DNA from: Convolutriloba macropyga
Taxonomy: Eukaryota
Assembly: GCF_964194025.1 (NCBI RefSeq)
Contig: NC_134469.1
Location: forward strand, 40,982,001-41,046,000
Length of the DNA: 64,000 nucleotides
Direction: 5' to 3'
The notes under the pieces are model-generated. The model made no database searches, had not been told where the DNA came from, and saw only the letters and a list, made by a program, of their open reading frames with translations. A program made the position numbers and the translations under genes. Shown piece after piece: positions 1-12,300 of the stretch (its first letter is position 1; each line of letters begins with the position of its first letter).

Positions 1-352
1 GCAATGCGGTGAAAAAAATTTTCAGTGCTATCAGCAGAATGCGGCAAAAAAAATTCACCGCTACCGGCAGAATCCGGTGAAAAAAAAAATTTTCACCGCT
101 TAAATCGCAAAACTTACAAATATTCACCCTGCTAATTTCACAGGAAACAGAGTTGCAGTAGGTGACAGATGGCTTAGTGGAAGAAGAAGTTGTTAAAATG
201 CAGGAGGTGAGAGGTTCGAACCCGTGTACGGCAGTATCTTTTTGTAAATAATCCGGTGAATGCGATGAAAAGTAAAATTTTCACCGCTAAAATACGAAAA
301 AATTCACCTCATTCAACGCTAAAAGATGCAGGCGCTTTGCAGTGAAAAAAGT
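1..352. mobile_element. Partial copy of the GCGGTGAA/TTCACCGC-repeat non-autonomous DNA transposon (same family as 5553-6183)
   Basis: Repeated GCGGTGAAAAAA-TTTTCACCGC palindromic units and the same internal tRNA-like cassette as 5553-6183; cut by the window start. Confidence 0.8.
161..235 (+). promoter_or_regulatory. tRNA-derived Pol III promoter cassette (A box + B box), not a functional tRNA
   Basis: A box TGGCTTAGTGG and B box GGTTCGAACCC at tRNA-like spacing; no complete cloverleaf. Confidence 0.65.
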
Positions 353-800
353 TAAAGGTAATTTTTATTTATGAAACTTCTTTCCTGGCAACGAATCAGT
401 CGTTTTTTCAACCTCACTTTAATTCTCCAAATTTATGTTAGTCGTGGTTTAATGCCACATAAGGACCTGTTGCACAGGCTTAAGTATCATCATTAATTCT
501 TTACGACACTAATTATAAATGTAGAATTAATCTAGTTAAGCTGATCTTATTTTTTTTTGACCAAACCTTAACCCGGGGTATCTCACAACAGTTGGAAAGG
601 CCTAACCACAACCGCTTTAAAAAGGTATGAAGATAATACAAAGGTAAATTTTATATATGAAACTTCTCTCCTGGCAACGATTCAACCGTTTTCTCAGCCT
701 CATTTTAATTCTCCGAATTTATGCTAGTCGTGGTTTAATGCCACATAAGGTATTATCATCATTAATTCTTTATAAGGGTAATTACTAATGTAGAATGTGT
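353..800. repeat. Diverged direct duplication (~353-530 vs ~641-800)
   Basis: Both copies begin AAAGGTAA.TTT.AT.TATGAAACTTCT..CCTGGCAACGA and contain GTCGTGGTTTAATGCCACATAAGG. Confidence 0.8.
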
Positions 801-1045
801 AATCAATGTTTGTAAGTAAAACTTAAAGTTTGTGGTTGAGAAATTCTTGGTCTCTCCGTATCTCAATTATTGTTAATATGGTTACTTTTCTTAATGTCTT
901 TAATTTTATTACTATTTTATTTTTTTTGTTTTGATCATTATTTTTATCAATGTCACTCAGGTTGCTGTTTTATATCACTATTTTTATTATTGTATCATTT
1001 ATTATTATTATTTGTATTAATTTTATTATTCAGAAACTTTTTTTT

Positions 1046-1448
1046 NNNNNNNNNNNNNNNNNNNNNNNNNNNNNNNNNNNNNNNNNNNNNNNNNNNNNNN
1101 NNNNNNNNNNNNNNNNNNNNNNNNNNNNNNNNNNNNNNNNNNNNNNNNNNNNNNNNNNNNNNNNNNNNNNNNNNNNNNNNNNNNNNNNNNNNNNNNNNNN
1201 NNNNNNNNNNNNNNNNNNNNNNNNNNNNNNNNNNNNNNNNNNNNNNNNNNNNNNNNNNNNNNNNNNNNNNNNNNNNNNNNNNNNNNNNNNNNNNNNNNNN
1301 NNNNNNNNNNNNNNNNNNNNNNNNNNNNNNNNNNNNNNNNNNNNNNNNNNNNNNNNNNNNNNNNNNNNNNNNNNNNNNNNNNNNNNNNNNNNNNNNNNNN
1401 NNNNNNNNNNNNNNNNNNNNNNNNNNNNNNNNNNNNNNNNNNNNNNNN
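1046..1448. other. Assembly gap
   Basis: Run of N. Confidence 1.
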
Positions 1449-1449
1449 A

Positions 1450-4400
1450 TTATTTTTTTATTTTTTGTATTGATAATTGGAAGGTTCACAAAACCATGCA
1501 CATCTCCATTTTTCAGGTCATTATTTCAGTTACCACTGCACTATTAGTTCCCATATATGTGCGACAGCAAATGATTGAGCAGATTAACGTTCAAAGGCAT
1601 GTGTCTGATTAGCTAAAGTGATCGTAAACTTAGTTCTACATGGTTTTGAATGAAATAGGCTTCGATACTGCAATTTCAATAAATTTAACAAAAATTAGAA
1701 GTATATCTTAACAATAAGCTGTCTTGTGTAAAAGAGTCGAGCGCTGAACGTCTTGTTTGATTTTGGGCAGAAAAAAAGAATGAATTGCTGGACCTGCCTG
1801 AGGTCAAGAGATTTTTAATTAATCAATACATACAATATCGTACCTGCCTTTGACAATTTTAGATTAAAGAAAAAAAGTCACATCGCACTAATTGACGGTC
1901 AAAACAAACGTGCTCATCACTCTGGTAATTTTACAAATATTTTGAAATCATTGACACATTTCTTTCAAAGTGATACAAAAATTACTTGAATGTTTAATTC
2001 TTGTTCTGGTATGACCTAGAACTTCTTGCACAATGAGTTCCAGATTGTCGATAGATTTGTCATCTGGCAAGATTGATTTTTCCAGATAAAATTGCATCTT
2101 AGGCATTTTTTTAAACCTAAAAACACTGCAATTCTTAAGATTGAAATTCATGTTGTTTTAGTAACCTCATCGGTGTATCGAATCTAACTCCACTTGAGCT
2201 TGTTGGCATTCGCCTAAATATTTATGGTAAAAAACTTCGATCCAATAGAAAAAAGTAAACAAAGGAAAGAAAAAGTTTGTTTGGCAGAGACTTTTTAGGA
2301 AAATAAAAATTGGCACGGCAAAAAATATGGAAAACTTCGGGACTTCAAAAATAACAGCCGTTGACTCAAAACAATTAAAATATTTTATTACAACAATTAA
2401 AATTTAAATATTTTAAACCGACTATTTGTTAGATAAAATTCCAACAGCTAAAAAGTCATCCAGCTATACAACTTTTTGATAGCGTTAATTGTCAAAATCG
2501 ATGTTTATCTTGCAAAAGCTTTCTTTCATTAAAAAAAAGACAGAAGCTTCCTGCAATTTATTTTCAACGGTTTCCAAAAAAATTAGTGCGATATTTGACA
2601 TATTTTTGAACGACGATAAACAGATATAAACAACTTTCTCTAACAACTTCGATATAGAGAAGAGTAGAGTAAACCGGCCATAATTTTTGATTTTAGCAAT
2701 TGATATTTCCTAAAGTTTGGACTCACAGATCCGATTTTCCGTTCTGTTGGAAAATTTGAAAAATCCTAAAATTTCGGAATAAACTGTTCCCAGATTTAGC
2801 TAACTCAGCAACGGCGTTTCTTGAGAAATACAGCTAGAAGATTGTCCGGACCAAAACTTTTCTTCTCGTTTATTTTTCTAATTATTGTTTATATTATTAT
2901 TATCAGTTATACTATTTTTATTATTTTTTTATTATTATTAGAAACTTCAAAAAATCTTGAACCTCTTCAATTAATATTTTTGTAAGGTCATTTCCTCATC
3001 TAACACTGGAAATTTTCGGTTTTGGCAACAGCAATCACCATGCAGATGAACGTCCAATTGCATTGGTCTGAATTGTTAAGTAATAGTAAAATAGTTCTAC
3101 GTGTTTTCAGTGAATTTTGCTCGGTACTGTAGGTAGTTCAATCAATTTTACAAAATTAGAAGTAAATCTGATCAATAAGATGTCTTGTGTAAAATGTTCG
3201 AGCGCTGGACCTCCGTTTGATTTTGGGCAGAACTAACAAATTGCTTGACCTGTCTGATGTCGGGATTTTTAATTAATCAGTATACGCAATATCTTACCTG
3301 CCTATGACAATTTTTGATGAAAGCAAAAAATTAGATTGTACTAAAAATACATTAAGATATATTAGACTCTCTTTATAACTTAAAAGGGAACTATACGTCT
3401 GGTTACTTTCAAAATTTCTCTTCTAATTTTGTTCTTGACAGCATGTATTAATCGGACGCAACGTGATGATAGAAACAAACGTGCTCTTCACTGCACTGTA
3501 GTAATAAAACAGAGATTCTGAGTTCATTGACACAAGTTTTTCCATTTGATAGGAAAAACTATTGGAATTTTTAATTCTTGTTTTGATAAGAGCTAGAAAT
3601 TTTTGTACAACGAGATCACAATCTTCGGCAGATTTATCATCTTGCAAGATTGGGTTTCCTTGATAAATTAGTTTTTGTTTTAATCTTAATTCATATCAAC
3701 CTAAAACAATGCATTCAAATGTTTAACTTACAGATTATGCTTGTTGTGGATTATGTTTACAATTGATTTGATGTTTTATTTGGGAAAATTTTTTCTGGGA
3801 CTGTTTTGTCTTGGACGGTTTTTGTTCTGGTAATGTTTTTTCCGGACACACAACAAAAACGTCATAATTGGAAGAAACATCTTGATGTCAGATGACGGCA
3901 GAAGAGACACCAATGGTTGATAGCAAGAATTGAGTAAGTCGAGTTTTATCTAGCAAAAGCGTTATAAAATTAAAAAAGAAAAGCAGAAAACTCATGTCGT
4001 TTGTTTTTAAATGTTTTCCCGAAAGGTCACTGAGATAAAAAAAGTAAGTTGTAGAAAAACCAAACACCAATAATTCTAATATGGAATTGAGCAGATTTAG
4101 CATGTTTTCGAGCGAAAATGAACAGATATAAATCACTTCTTCTAACAACCTTGATATAAGATATAGTAGAGTAACCCGGCGATAGTTTTCAATTCTGACA
4201 ATTGATCTTTTCTTAAAAGTTGGATTCACAACTCCCATTTTCCGTTTCACTGGATAATTGGAAGAATATAAAATCTCTGAGTGAATTCTTCATAGAACTA
4301 GCGAACTCAGCAAAACGTTTCTTGACAAATACAGCTGGAAGATTTTCAGGACCACAATTTATCTTCTCATCAATTTTTCTAGTTTGATAGCACATGTTCT

Positions 4401-5270
4401 TCTCCAAGACATCAAAAGCACATGGGAAGGTTAGTTACCTAATGTATTGAAAAATGCAAAAACGCCGAAGAGAAGTACTTGTACTTGAGCTGTTTTTTAC
4501 ATATTATGACGCTTCATTAGAAACCTATCTGTATTTCAATGGTATCATTTTTTTTGAATTTTCAAACAACATTAAACGCCATTTTGACGTCTCTTGTTTT
4601 GGTTAATTCAAAACTTAAGTTGCTGGTCTTCTTCAGATGACTGCGCAATTTCCTTTTTTATTTTCTCAAACTTGAATTTTATTGCAAATTAGTCAGGTAT
4701 TGACAAATTTTTTTGGCGGGTTTTAAGGTGTTTCACATAATGGGATTGTGACCTTGAAACCCATGGTGGAAGTTGATATTAATTTGTTGTTTGAGTGGAA
4801 GTAAATTTTCTAATTACACTCAAGAGCTGATCTTACAACTCTCTAGTCATGCCATCCACTGTACTGTAGGATAGAGGAGTGAAAGGCCTCACCTCATTTC
4901 TTATCTCTGTCGTTCGTAATCCTACTACAGAAGCTCAGTTTTTCTATTTTCATTTCTCTACCCTGAAATTGAAATAGCGTCAACTTTATCTCTTATGGAT
5001 ATTGGTTGTACAATCAAAAACTTGACAAAAATTTCCGGCCAATTTTGACATCGGTAACAACACTTTCAACTAGGGTGAAGAATTGATCAAGGATGTTTTG
5101 CCGCACATATTTTCGAATACTAGAGGAGCTAAGTTGTCTAATTTCAATTTTTCGATTAAATTGTTCTCAGAAAAATAATTCGAAGTTATTAGAGCCCAAT
5201 TAGTGTTAGTCAAATTAAATTCCCGCTTAACAAAGGTGTGATTGTGTTTGAGTGATTCCTTTTGAGTTTC
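1450..5270 (-). mobile_element. Highly decayed CR1/L2-group LINE remnants in duplicated blocks
   Basis: Minus-strand remnant KKRSIVRIENYRRVTLLYLISRLLEEVI (pre-RT YRPISLL motif, 3888-4250). Block ~1480-2150 resembles ~2980-3700; related copies at ~6960-7500, 18280-19500 and 23170-23950. Confidence 0.6.
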
Positions 5271-5552
5271 TGCAGCGGCTCGTCAAATACGGATTAAAAA
5301 TAATGGTCAACGCAAAATTAAGGTATCTTCAGCAATGGGTGCTAAACCGAGAAGACCGGTCTTCAAATCCTGTTCTACTGCTACCACTCTTAATGGGTGA
5401 TACGAGGTGAATATCAATGAGTGCGTATAAAATTGCTTCTTGGCATTGTTATAATGCTTTTGAGAAACAGAATGCCATAGCTACAACTAGGCCAACAAAA
5501 CAACTCAAACGCTTAAATCTCATTGCGAAATCTGGATTCTGCTGTTTGTTTG

Positions 5553-6183
5553 CCCGGGTCGAGGTGTTACCGCTAAAAAACGCTAAAAGATGTAAGATTT
5601 GCGGTGAATTTGAGTAAAAGTGTAAGATTTGCAATCAATGCGATGAATGCGGTGAAAAAAAACTTTTAAGCGGTGAAAAATATTTTTTCAGCGCTTAAGC
5701 GGTGAAAGAAAATTTTTCACCGCTACAAGCAGGATGCGGTGAAAAAAAATTTTCACCGCTACCAGCCGAATGTGGTGAAAAAAAAATTTTCACCGCTACC
5801 AGCAGAATGCGGTGAAAAAAATTTTTTCACCGCTAATATCGCAAATCTTACAAATATTCACCGCGCTAATTTCAACGCTTATTTTATATTCACATGAAAT
5901 ATTATTGAAGTAAGTGACAGATGGCGCAGTGGATTACGAAGTTGGTGACACGCATGATGTAGAGGTTCGAACCCTTGTACGGAAGTTTCTTTTTTGTAAG
6001 AATTCCGGTGAATGCGGTGAAAAAAAATTTTTCACCGCAAAATTCAACGCAATTCTTACAAAAATTCACCGCATTCAGCGCATTCAACGCTAAAAGATGC
6101 GGGCGCTTTGCGGTGAAAAAAGTTTTTTTTCACCGCTATTCACCGCTAATCTTACATTTTTTTTGTCTAAACCTCTACCCGGG
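5553..6183. mobile_element. Non-autonomous DNA transposon (MITE), CMC/EnSpm-like
   Basis: TIRs CCCGGGTCGAGGT / ACCTCTACCCGGG; 2-bp TSD TG (5551-5552, 6184-6185); many subterminal GCGGTGAA/TTCACCGC repeats in both orientations. CCC termini plus a 2-bp TSD fit animal EnSpm-type elements (superfamily is inferred). Confidence 0.8.
5912..5990 (+). promoter_or_regulatory. tRNA-derived Pol III promoter cassette inside the MITE
   Basis: A box TGGCGCAGTGG and B box GGTTCGAACCC followed by a T-run. Confidence 0.65.
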
Positions 6184-6289
6184 TGTAATTATTAGATTTT
6201 GACCATCAAGATAAAGCTTAATCTTAGTTTTTTTTATCGAACTTATTATTTTTCTGCTGCTATTTTCCCCTGTGTTCTGGAGAATATTG

Positions 6290-6950
6290 AGTTAGTTTAA
6301 ACTAGTAAAAGTTGTTAAAGTGAAAAACAAAATTGAGATTTAATATGTGACAAAGCAAAATCAATTTGTCATAAACGAAAAAAAAAATTACTTCTGTTTG
6401 TTGGTTTATGAGCAACACCATCGTCAGCAATTTTAGAAAAATATGAATCTTTTCCGTTTGAGCTCTTTATTACGTTATGCAAACCCAATAGATAGTTCAT
6501 CAATAATGGCACTAATTGGGAGTGGTACAAAGGCATGCTAAATCAAAAAAGAATATTGCGCGACTTCTGGTTATTTGCCTTTTAATAATTTTTAAAATCG
6601 TTTTGCTGAAGAACACCTATAGCAAATATTAAGATGCGTCAGTAATAGATGCAGTAAAAAGATTATTTAATTCGCAAATTGGATTCTTTTCCGTTTGTGC
6701 CCCCCAGCTTTGTTTGTGCATATTATTAGCACCCTCAAACGCACATGCCATACTTTTACAAAATGAATTGCGGATTTTTTCCTTTGTGCCCCCCAGCTTT
6801 GTAGTTGCAAATTGTTTACACTACCCAGACGCACGTGCAATACTTTTACATAATGATACACTATGTAAGAGCACGTGATCTGGGGGCGTGATCTGGGGGC
6901 GCGTGTAACTGGGGGCGCATAAAATACTGGGGGCACAAAAGGAAAAAAAT
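6290..6950. repeat. Interspersed repeat with GC-rich inverted ends (second copy 28895-29610; fragment ~24560-24630)
   Basis: Collinear with 28895-29610 (ACTTCTGTTTGTTGGTTT.ATGAGCAACACCATCG ... TTTTCCGTTTGTGCCCCC ... GGGGCACAAA.GGAAAA). Confidence 0.8.
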
Positions 6951-7499
6951 TATTGTTGTTTTAGTAAACTCATCGGTATATCGAAACTAAGTCCAATGCA
7001 GCTCGTTGGCATTCGCTTAAATGTTCATCGTAAAAACTTCGAATCATTTTTAAACACGTAACCAGTGAAAAGAAAAGGCTTGTTTGACAGAGAGTTTTTA
7101 GTAACATAAAAATTGGCATGGGAGAAAATATGGGAACCTGTAAGACTCTAAACCAGCCGATGACTCTAAACAATTATATTATAGTTAAACAAACTGTCAA
7201 CTATTCATTAGGTAAATTTCCAAGAGCTCAATCAGTCGTCCGGCTACACCATTTATTGACGGCACGGATTGAGTAAATCAAACTTTATCTTGCAAAAGCG
7301 TTATAATTCTAAAAAAGAGAACCAGCAAACTCATGTTGAATATTTTCAATAGTTTCCAAAAATATCATTTAGAAAGCAAATAAGTTGTAGAAAATTGAAC
7401 ACCGATAACTGTAAAATGGAAACGATCAAGTATAACATGTTTTTTAGCGATAAACAGATCTATATCTTTTTTCTAACAACATTGATGTGAGATATAGTA

Positions 7500-8259
7500 T
7501 TAGTGGTAGTAGCAATACTAGTATAAAATTTTGATTAAAGTTCAAGGGTCTCCAACCATTAGTCAGTCCAGTTTTAATTTTACAATTAGTTTTGTAACAA
7601 TGTTGCAATTCCAGCATCGGCATTGGAATCTCCATGTGCATCTGTTTGTGGGGGAGTAGGTTTGTTCGAAGTATTTCCAGTAGATGTCAGTCAGTACTGC
7701 TTTTGTCGCATTTGCTTTTCTCAGCTCCCTCAAAACATGATTGTACAGTCTCTTAGTTCTTCGGAAGTACTCAAATGGGTTTTGAATTGTAAAAAATCTT
7801 ACCTTGAAAAGTTCGAAAGTATTGGACATCTTGCCGGTTTCTTTTCAGCTAATTCGAACAGACCTTTTCCTTCTAAGGAAATTAGTAAATGCTTATATTG
7901 ATTCCAACCTCAATGCAACTTTTGTCTGCTCGATATCAAGAACCTATCAGTTTAGACATTTTGAAATCTCAAAAAACAAGAAATATAAGACAAATGAGCA
8001 TTTTTTGAGTCGGTCTCAACGAGCCGCAAATCATCTGATGCGAATGAAGTTTGTAGATTTTGACATGTCTAAACGTCATTTTACGTATGCAATTGACCAG
8101 TTTTTACGCACTCAAATTGAATAATTTGACCCGGTGTTCTTTTTTTTGTGATATGCTGTTGCTTTTTTGCATGACTTAGTCTTAATTTAATCACTTTTTT
8201 TATCTGTAAAAGTTGTTTCAGCATTCTTTGTACGCTCCTATGTTCTTCCCTAACAAGGA
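7500..8259 (-). mobile_element. 3' end of a CR1/L2-group LINE; the portion 7722-8259 is repeated at 15631-16167
   Basis: C-terminal TWRFQCRCWNC motif, like CSW.LACDCQLC at ~25000 in the LINE at 24912-28890; near-identical sequence at 15631-16167. Confidence 0.6.
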
Positions 8260-8481
8260 NNNNNNNNNNNNNNNNNNNNNNNNNNNNNNNNNNNNNNNNN
8301 NNNNNNNNNNNNNNNNNNNNNNNNNNNNNNNNNNNNNNNNNNNNNNNNNNNNNNNNNNNNNNNNNNNNNNNNNNNNNNNNNNNNNNNNNNNNNNNNNNNN
8401 NNNNNNNNNNNNNNNNNNNNNNNNNNNNNNNNNNNNNNNNNNNNNNNNNNNNNNNNNNNNNNNNNNNNNNNNNNNNNNNNN
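8260..8481. other. Assembly gap
   Basis: Run of N. Confidence 1.
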
Positions 8482-11415
8482 CATAAAGAAATAAAGGAAC
8501 AGTGGCAATATGTACAAACAAGTTAATAGAATGCATATAGGTTTGAGCTTATTTGCGTTTATTTAATCCAGGAAATGCTGTTCGACAAAACTGTTGAAGC
8601 GGGATTTAGACTCTCTTTTCGCTTTCTGTCTTAAGGTGATGTAGCTCATGTTGTTCCTTGAGCAATCTTCTTCAAGTTGGTCCAGCCACGTCATGTGTTG
8701 ACCCCCTGGAGCTCGTTTAGCATAACCATATTTTTTTGTCGGCTCCCAGGTGAAGGCTCGAAGCGCTAGACGATCGTCATTCATCCTCAGGACATGGCCA
8801 AACCATTTCAACCGTTTAATCATGATCATTGCAGAAAGTGTCGACATACGTGATCTAGCAAGTACTTCTTCATTTCTCACCTTCTCCATATATGAAAAAC
8901 ATAATATCCTTCGCAGACAGCTGGTGTGAAAGCACTCAAGTTTCCGTTGCGTTGATTTATTCATGGTCCACGTTTCAGAGCTATATAAGACCACTGATAA
9001 CACAAGAGCTCTGTATAACTTGCATTTGAGGGGAATACTAAGTTGTTTGCTCTTCCAAAGCTTCTCAAAGCTCGCAAATCGCTGTCTCCCTTCCGCCATC
9101 TTGAAACTGATTTCCTTTAGGTCACCATGTTTCAAGCTCACGAAAGAACCGAGATATTTGAAAGCTTCTACGTTTTCGAACTCCACTCCATCTCGATCGT
9201 GGACCTTGCAGGAGAAAATGCCAGATCGTCCAGCCTTTTCTCTGCCGCAGTATCGTGACTCGTGAATTCGTCGGCCTTTCACAGTTGCGAATTTCCTACT
9301 GCACTTCTGACAGGTGAGGCTATTCTCTAGCCCAACAAACTTTGACGCGCTGTCTTTGACACTCTTCGAATTCTTAGACTTGCAGAATCTGGCTTCATGC
9401 ACTTTGCAGCCTCTTGCAGTGTTGAAGCGACGTTTACAACCTGAACATACACAACTCACGTCATCAGAGACCGCAGATGATCTGTTACTCGCCGTAGACA
9501 CTAGGTCAGCAACCACTGACCTTTCGTCGCTGCTAACTGTCAAAAGCTCAGCCTCCGCTGAACTTTTCAATCTCAGTTTCTCACCAGCTAGTGTCTCGAA
9601 CCAGCCCGCATTCTTCTTCTTGCCCACCAGCACCTCCCTGCCAATGAGTAGTCGGGATTGGTTTTCGGACTCAATGAGAGTCCCATAACGGCCTTTGTGG
9701 TTTCCTGTAGGAACTTCCACGTTTTTTTGAGCAATGGGTACACTGGCTCCGGGTTTTTTGTATTTAACACCCATATTCTTTGTCTTTCCAACGTTGATCA
9801 TTAGGCCAACAGCCTCGGCTAAAGATTCAATTCTGTGTAGGTTTGCTTGAACTTCGGAATCAGAGACGCCCAATAAGGCAACATCATCGGCGAAATCAAG
9901 ATCAGCAACACAGCGTCCAATGTCAATTCCTCCTTGAACTGAATTAGCCAACACATAGTTTATCACAAGGCCAAAGAGAATAGGCGACCATACATCGCCC
10001 TGGCAAACACCAGTTTTTACGTCGAACATCTGACCCTTCTCGCCCTCTGCCTTGACGCAGCACTTGAAGCCTTCGTAACTGTTGCGGATGACATTCACAA
10101 CTTTTTGTGGGAGCCCGTAATGCTTCATTATCTTGTACATCATCTCGCGGTCCACCGAATCGAACGCAGCGCGGAAATCAATGAAACAAAAACTGACATC
10201 CAATTGGAAGGCCATGCATTTCTCTAGTATTTGCCTCAACGCAAACAATTGGTCAGTGCAGCCCCTGCTCTTTCGGAATCCGCATTGTTCTTCTCTTAGC
10301 ACTTGATCAAGTGCATCTCACATCTTCAGGATGATTGATGCAAAAACTTTTCCAGGTACTGAGAGCAGTGAATTTCCGCGATAGTTCCCACACTCAGATC
10401 TTTTTCCTTTGTTTTTGTATAGCGGGACAACTTCTGCTAACTTCCAGTCTTGTGGAAGATTTTCTTCAGTCCAGCTCTTGTTGACAATGTCCCACAGCCT
10501 TTCAGCGATTCCATTATGCGACTTTAGCATTTTGGCAGAAATATCGTCTGGTCCACTTGCTTTACCGTTTTTCAGTTTACGGACGGCATATAGAACTTCC
10601 TCAAACCGAATTGGACCTAGGTCTATTTCAAGACTCTCGGATGCTTCCACTATGCTGAACACAGAATTGTCGCTAGTCGTGGCTGGATTCAACAGATGCT
10701 TAAAGTGCTCGGTCCAACGTTCCAACCTTTCTTCTTTTGTTTTCAGAGGCTCGCCTGTGGTTGAAACTAATTTACTTATATGAGGACTCCACTTCCGGCA
10801 TAACTGTTTTGACTCCCCAAACACTTCTTTCAGGTCACCTTTGTCTGAATGATCTTGTATTGTTTCACCTTTGTCTTTCAACTACTGTCGTTTGTCAGAT
10901 CTTAGCGCTTTTCGTACTTCTTTGCAGCAATTAGAGAACACTAGCAGCGCCTCCGCGCTACTATGCTTCCTCAACTGTAACTCGGCCCGTTTCCTAATCA
11001 ACGCCAGCGTTTCAACTGTAATCCAGGGTTTGTGCACACGCTTTTCGGGGATGAGTAGTTTTGTTGCCGCTGCATTAAGAGCCGTTCGAAAATTTGCCCA
11101 AGATTGTTCTACGCCTTCAACATTATCGCTCTCATCAAGATAGCGTTTCACTTCTGCGCAGAAAGCTTCACGCGTGACTTCATCGCGCAACTTGGCAGAG
11201 CAGACTTTCGGTTGACTGCGTGGCTTCTGTGCCACTAATTTGAATCGCACTTGAGCAATGATCATTTCGTGATCGGTGAGAGTAATCTTTCCCCTCCTTG
11301 TCCTTACGTTGTGCAAACAACTCCTGTGCCTCGAACCGAATAAGATATGATCTAACATCTTCTTTCGCATCTGTTGGTCAGGTGGGTTCCAGGTTCCACC
11401 AATCAACAGGTCATG
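8482..11415 (-). mobile_element. RTE-clade non-LTR retrotransposon subfamily A, 5'-truncated (APE C-terminus + linker + RT)
   Basis: A single reading frame 11406->8563 broken only by in-frame stops at 10882-10884 (TAG) and 10318-10320 (TGA). APE motifs LDHIL..RTRRG..TDH; RT motifs PLYKNKGKRSECGNYRG, EEQCGFR, FIDFRAAFDSV, QGDVWSP, LDFADD, FKYLGS; RTE-typical LYSSETW and RLKWFGHVLRM. Confidence 0.95.
8563..10302 (-). pseudogene. RTE reverse transcriptase (579-aa open segment) with an internal KOW-like + 2x C2HC zinc-finger insert
   Basis: FADD catalytic motif at aa 137-140; ~205 aa between KTK (aa 173-175) and FKYLGS (aa 381-386); upstream in-frame stop. Confidence 0.9.
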
Positions 11416-11441
11416 AGTAGTAGTAGTAGTATTGTCCTTTT

Positions 11442-12300
11442 AATACTACTACTACTACTACTGTTTCAACACTTTAATTCCAAATATGAAATAAAGGCAC
11501 GGTTGGCAACAAATACAAACAAAACAAGAAGAGTTATTTGTTTGGTTATTCTGTGAAGTGCTGTACGACGAAATTGTTGAAGGCATTCTTTGATCCGGTT
11601 GCTGCTTTCTCCTGCAATCTGGTGAACGATACTTTGTTTCATACACAGTCTCCTTCGATTTGACTCATCCACGTTTTCCGTTGCCCCCCATGAGCGCGTC
11701 TAGCATGGACGTATTGACCGGCGGGTCCCAATCGAAGGCACTGCGGGCTAATCTTCCTGGTTCCATTCTCTGGATGTGTCCGTACCATTTTATCCGTTTG
11801 AGCATGATCATCGTGGATAGTTGGGGCATTCGTGATCTTGACATAATTTCTTCGTTCGTTGCTTTCTCCAGATATGACACACGTAGAATTCTCCGAAGAC
11901 AACCACAGTGGAAACTCTCAAGTTTTCTCTCCATTAATTTTGAAAGAGTCCAAGTCTCTGAGCTGTACAGCACGGCTGATAAAACGAGTGCTTTGTACAA
12001 ATTGCACTTGAGGTGCACGCTGAGCTGCTTGCTCTTCCAGAGATTTTGGAAGTTAGCAAACCGTTGTCTACCTTCTGCAAGTTTGCAATTGACTTCCTGC
12101 AGGTCTCCATGCTTGAGGCTGACATATGATCCGAGATACTTGAACGCTTCTATGTTTTCAAACTCGTTTCCGAGAACATCTTGTACTTTGCAGGAAAACA
12201 CGCGTGTGGCAACTGCTTTAGGTTTGCCACAGTATCTCGATTGGTGAACTTTTCGGCCATTGACTGTTTTGAACTTTCTTTCACACTTGTCACAGGTAAA
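11442..12300 (-). mobile_element. RTE subfamily B 3' part (zinc finger, RT C-terminus, 3'UTR, (TAG)n tail)
   Basis: FTCDKCERKFKTVNGRKVHQSRYC..FKYLGS..LYSSETW..IKWYGHIQRM; homologous to but clearly diverged from subfamily A; (TAG)n tail at ~11445-11462. Confidence 0.9.

Noticed and set aside
161-235. tRNA genes here and at 5912-5990 and 55879-55950
   Set aside because: A/B boxes are present but acceptor and anticodon stems cannot be paired; all are embedded in repeats
870-1612. Long ORFs spanning N runs (also 8081-8536, 13073-13505, 15989-16508)
   Set aside because: Open only because gaps translate to X
5640-6150. CRISPR-like array of palindromic repeats
   Set aside because: No unique spacers of regular length, no cas genes, eukaryotic context; explained as MITE subterminal repeats
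9217-9765. RT insert as an intron or nested transposon
   Set aside because: Frame stays open, no TSD/TIR or clear splice signals seen, and the finger is conserved at protein level in subfamily B
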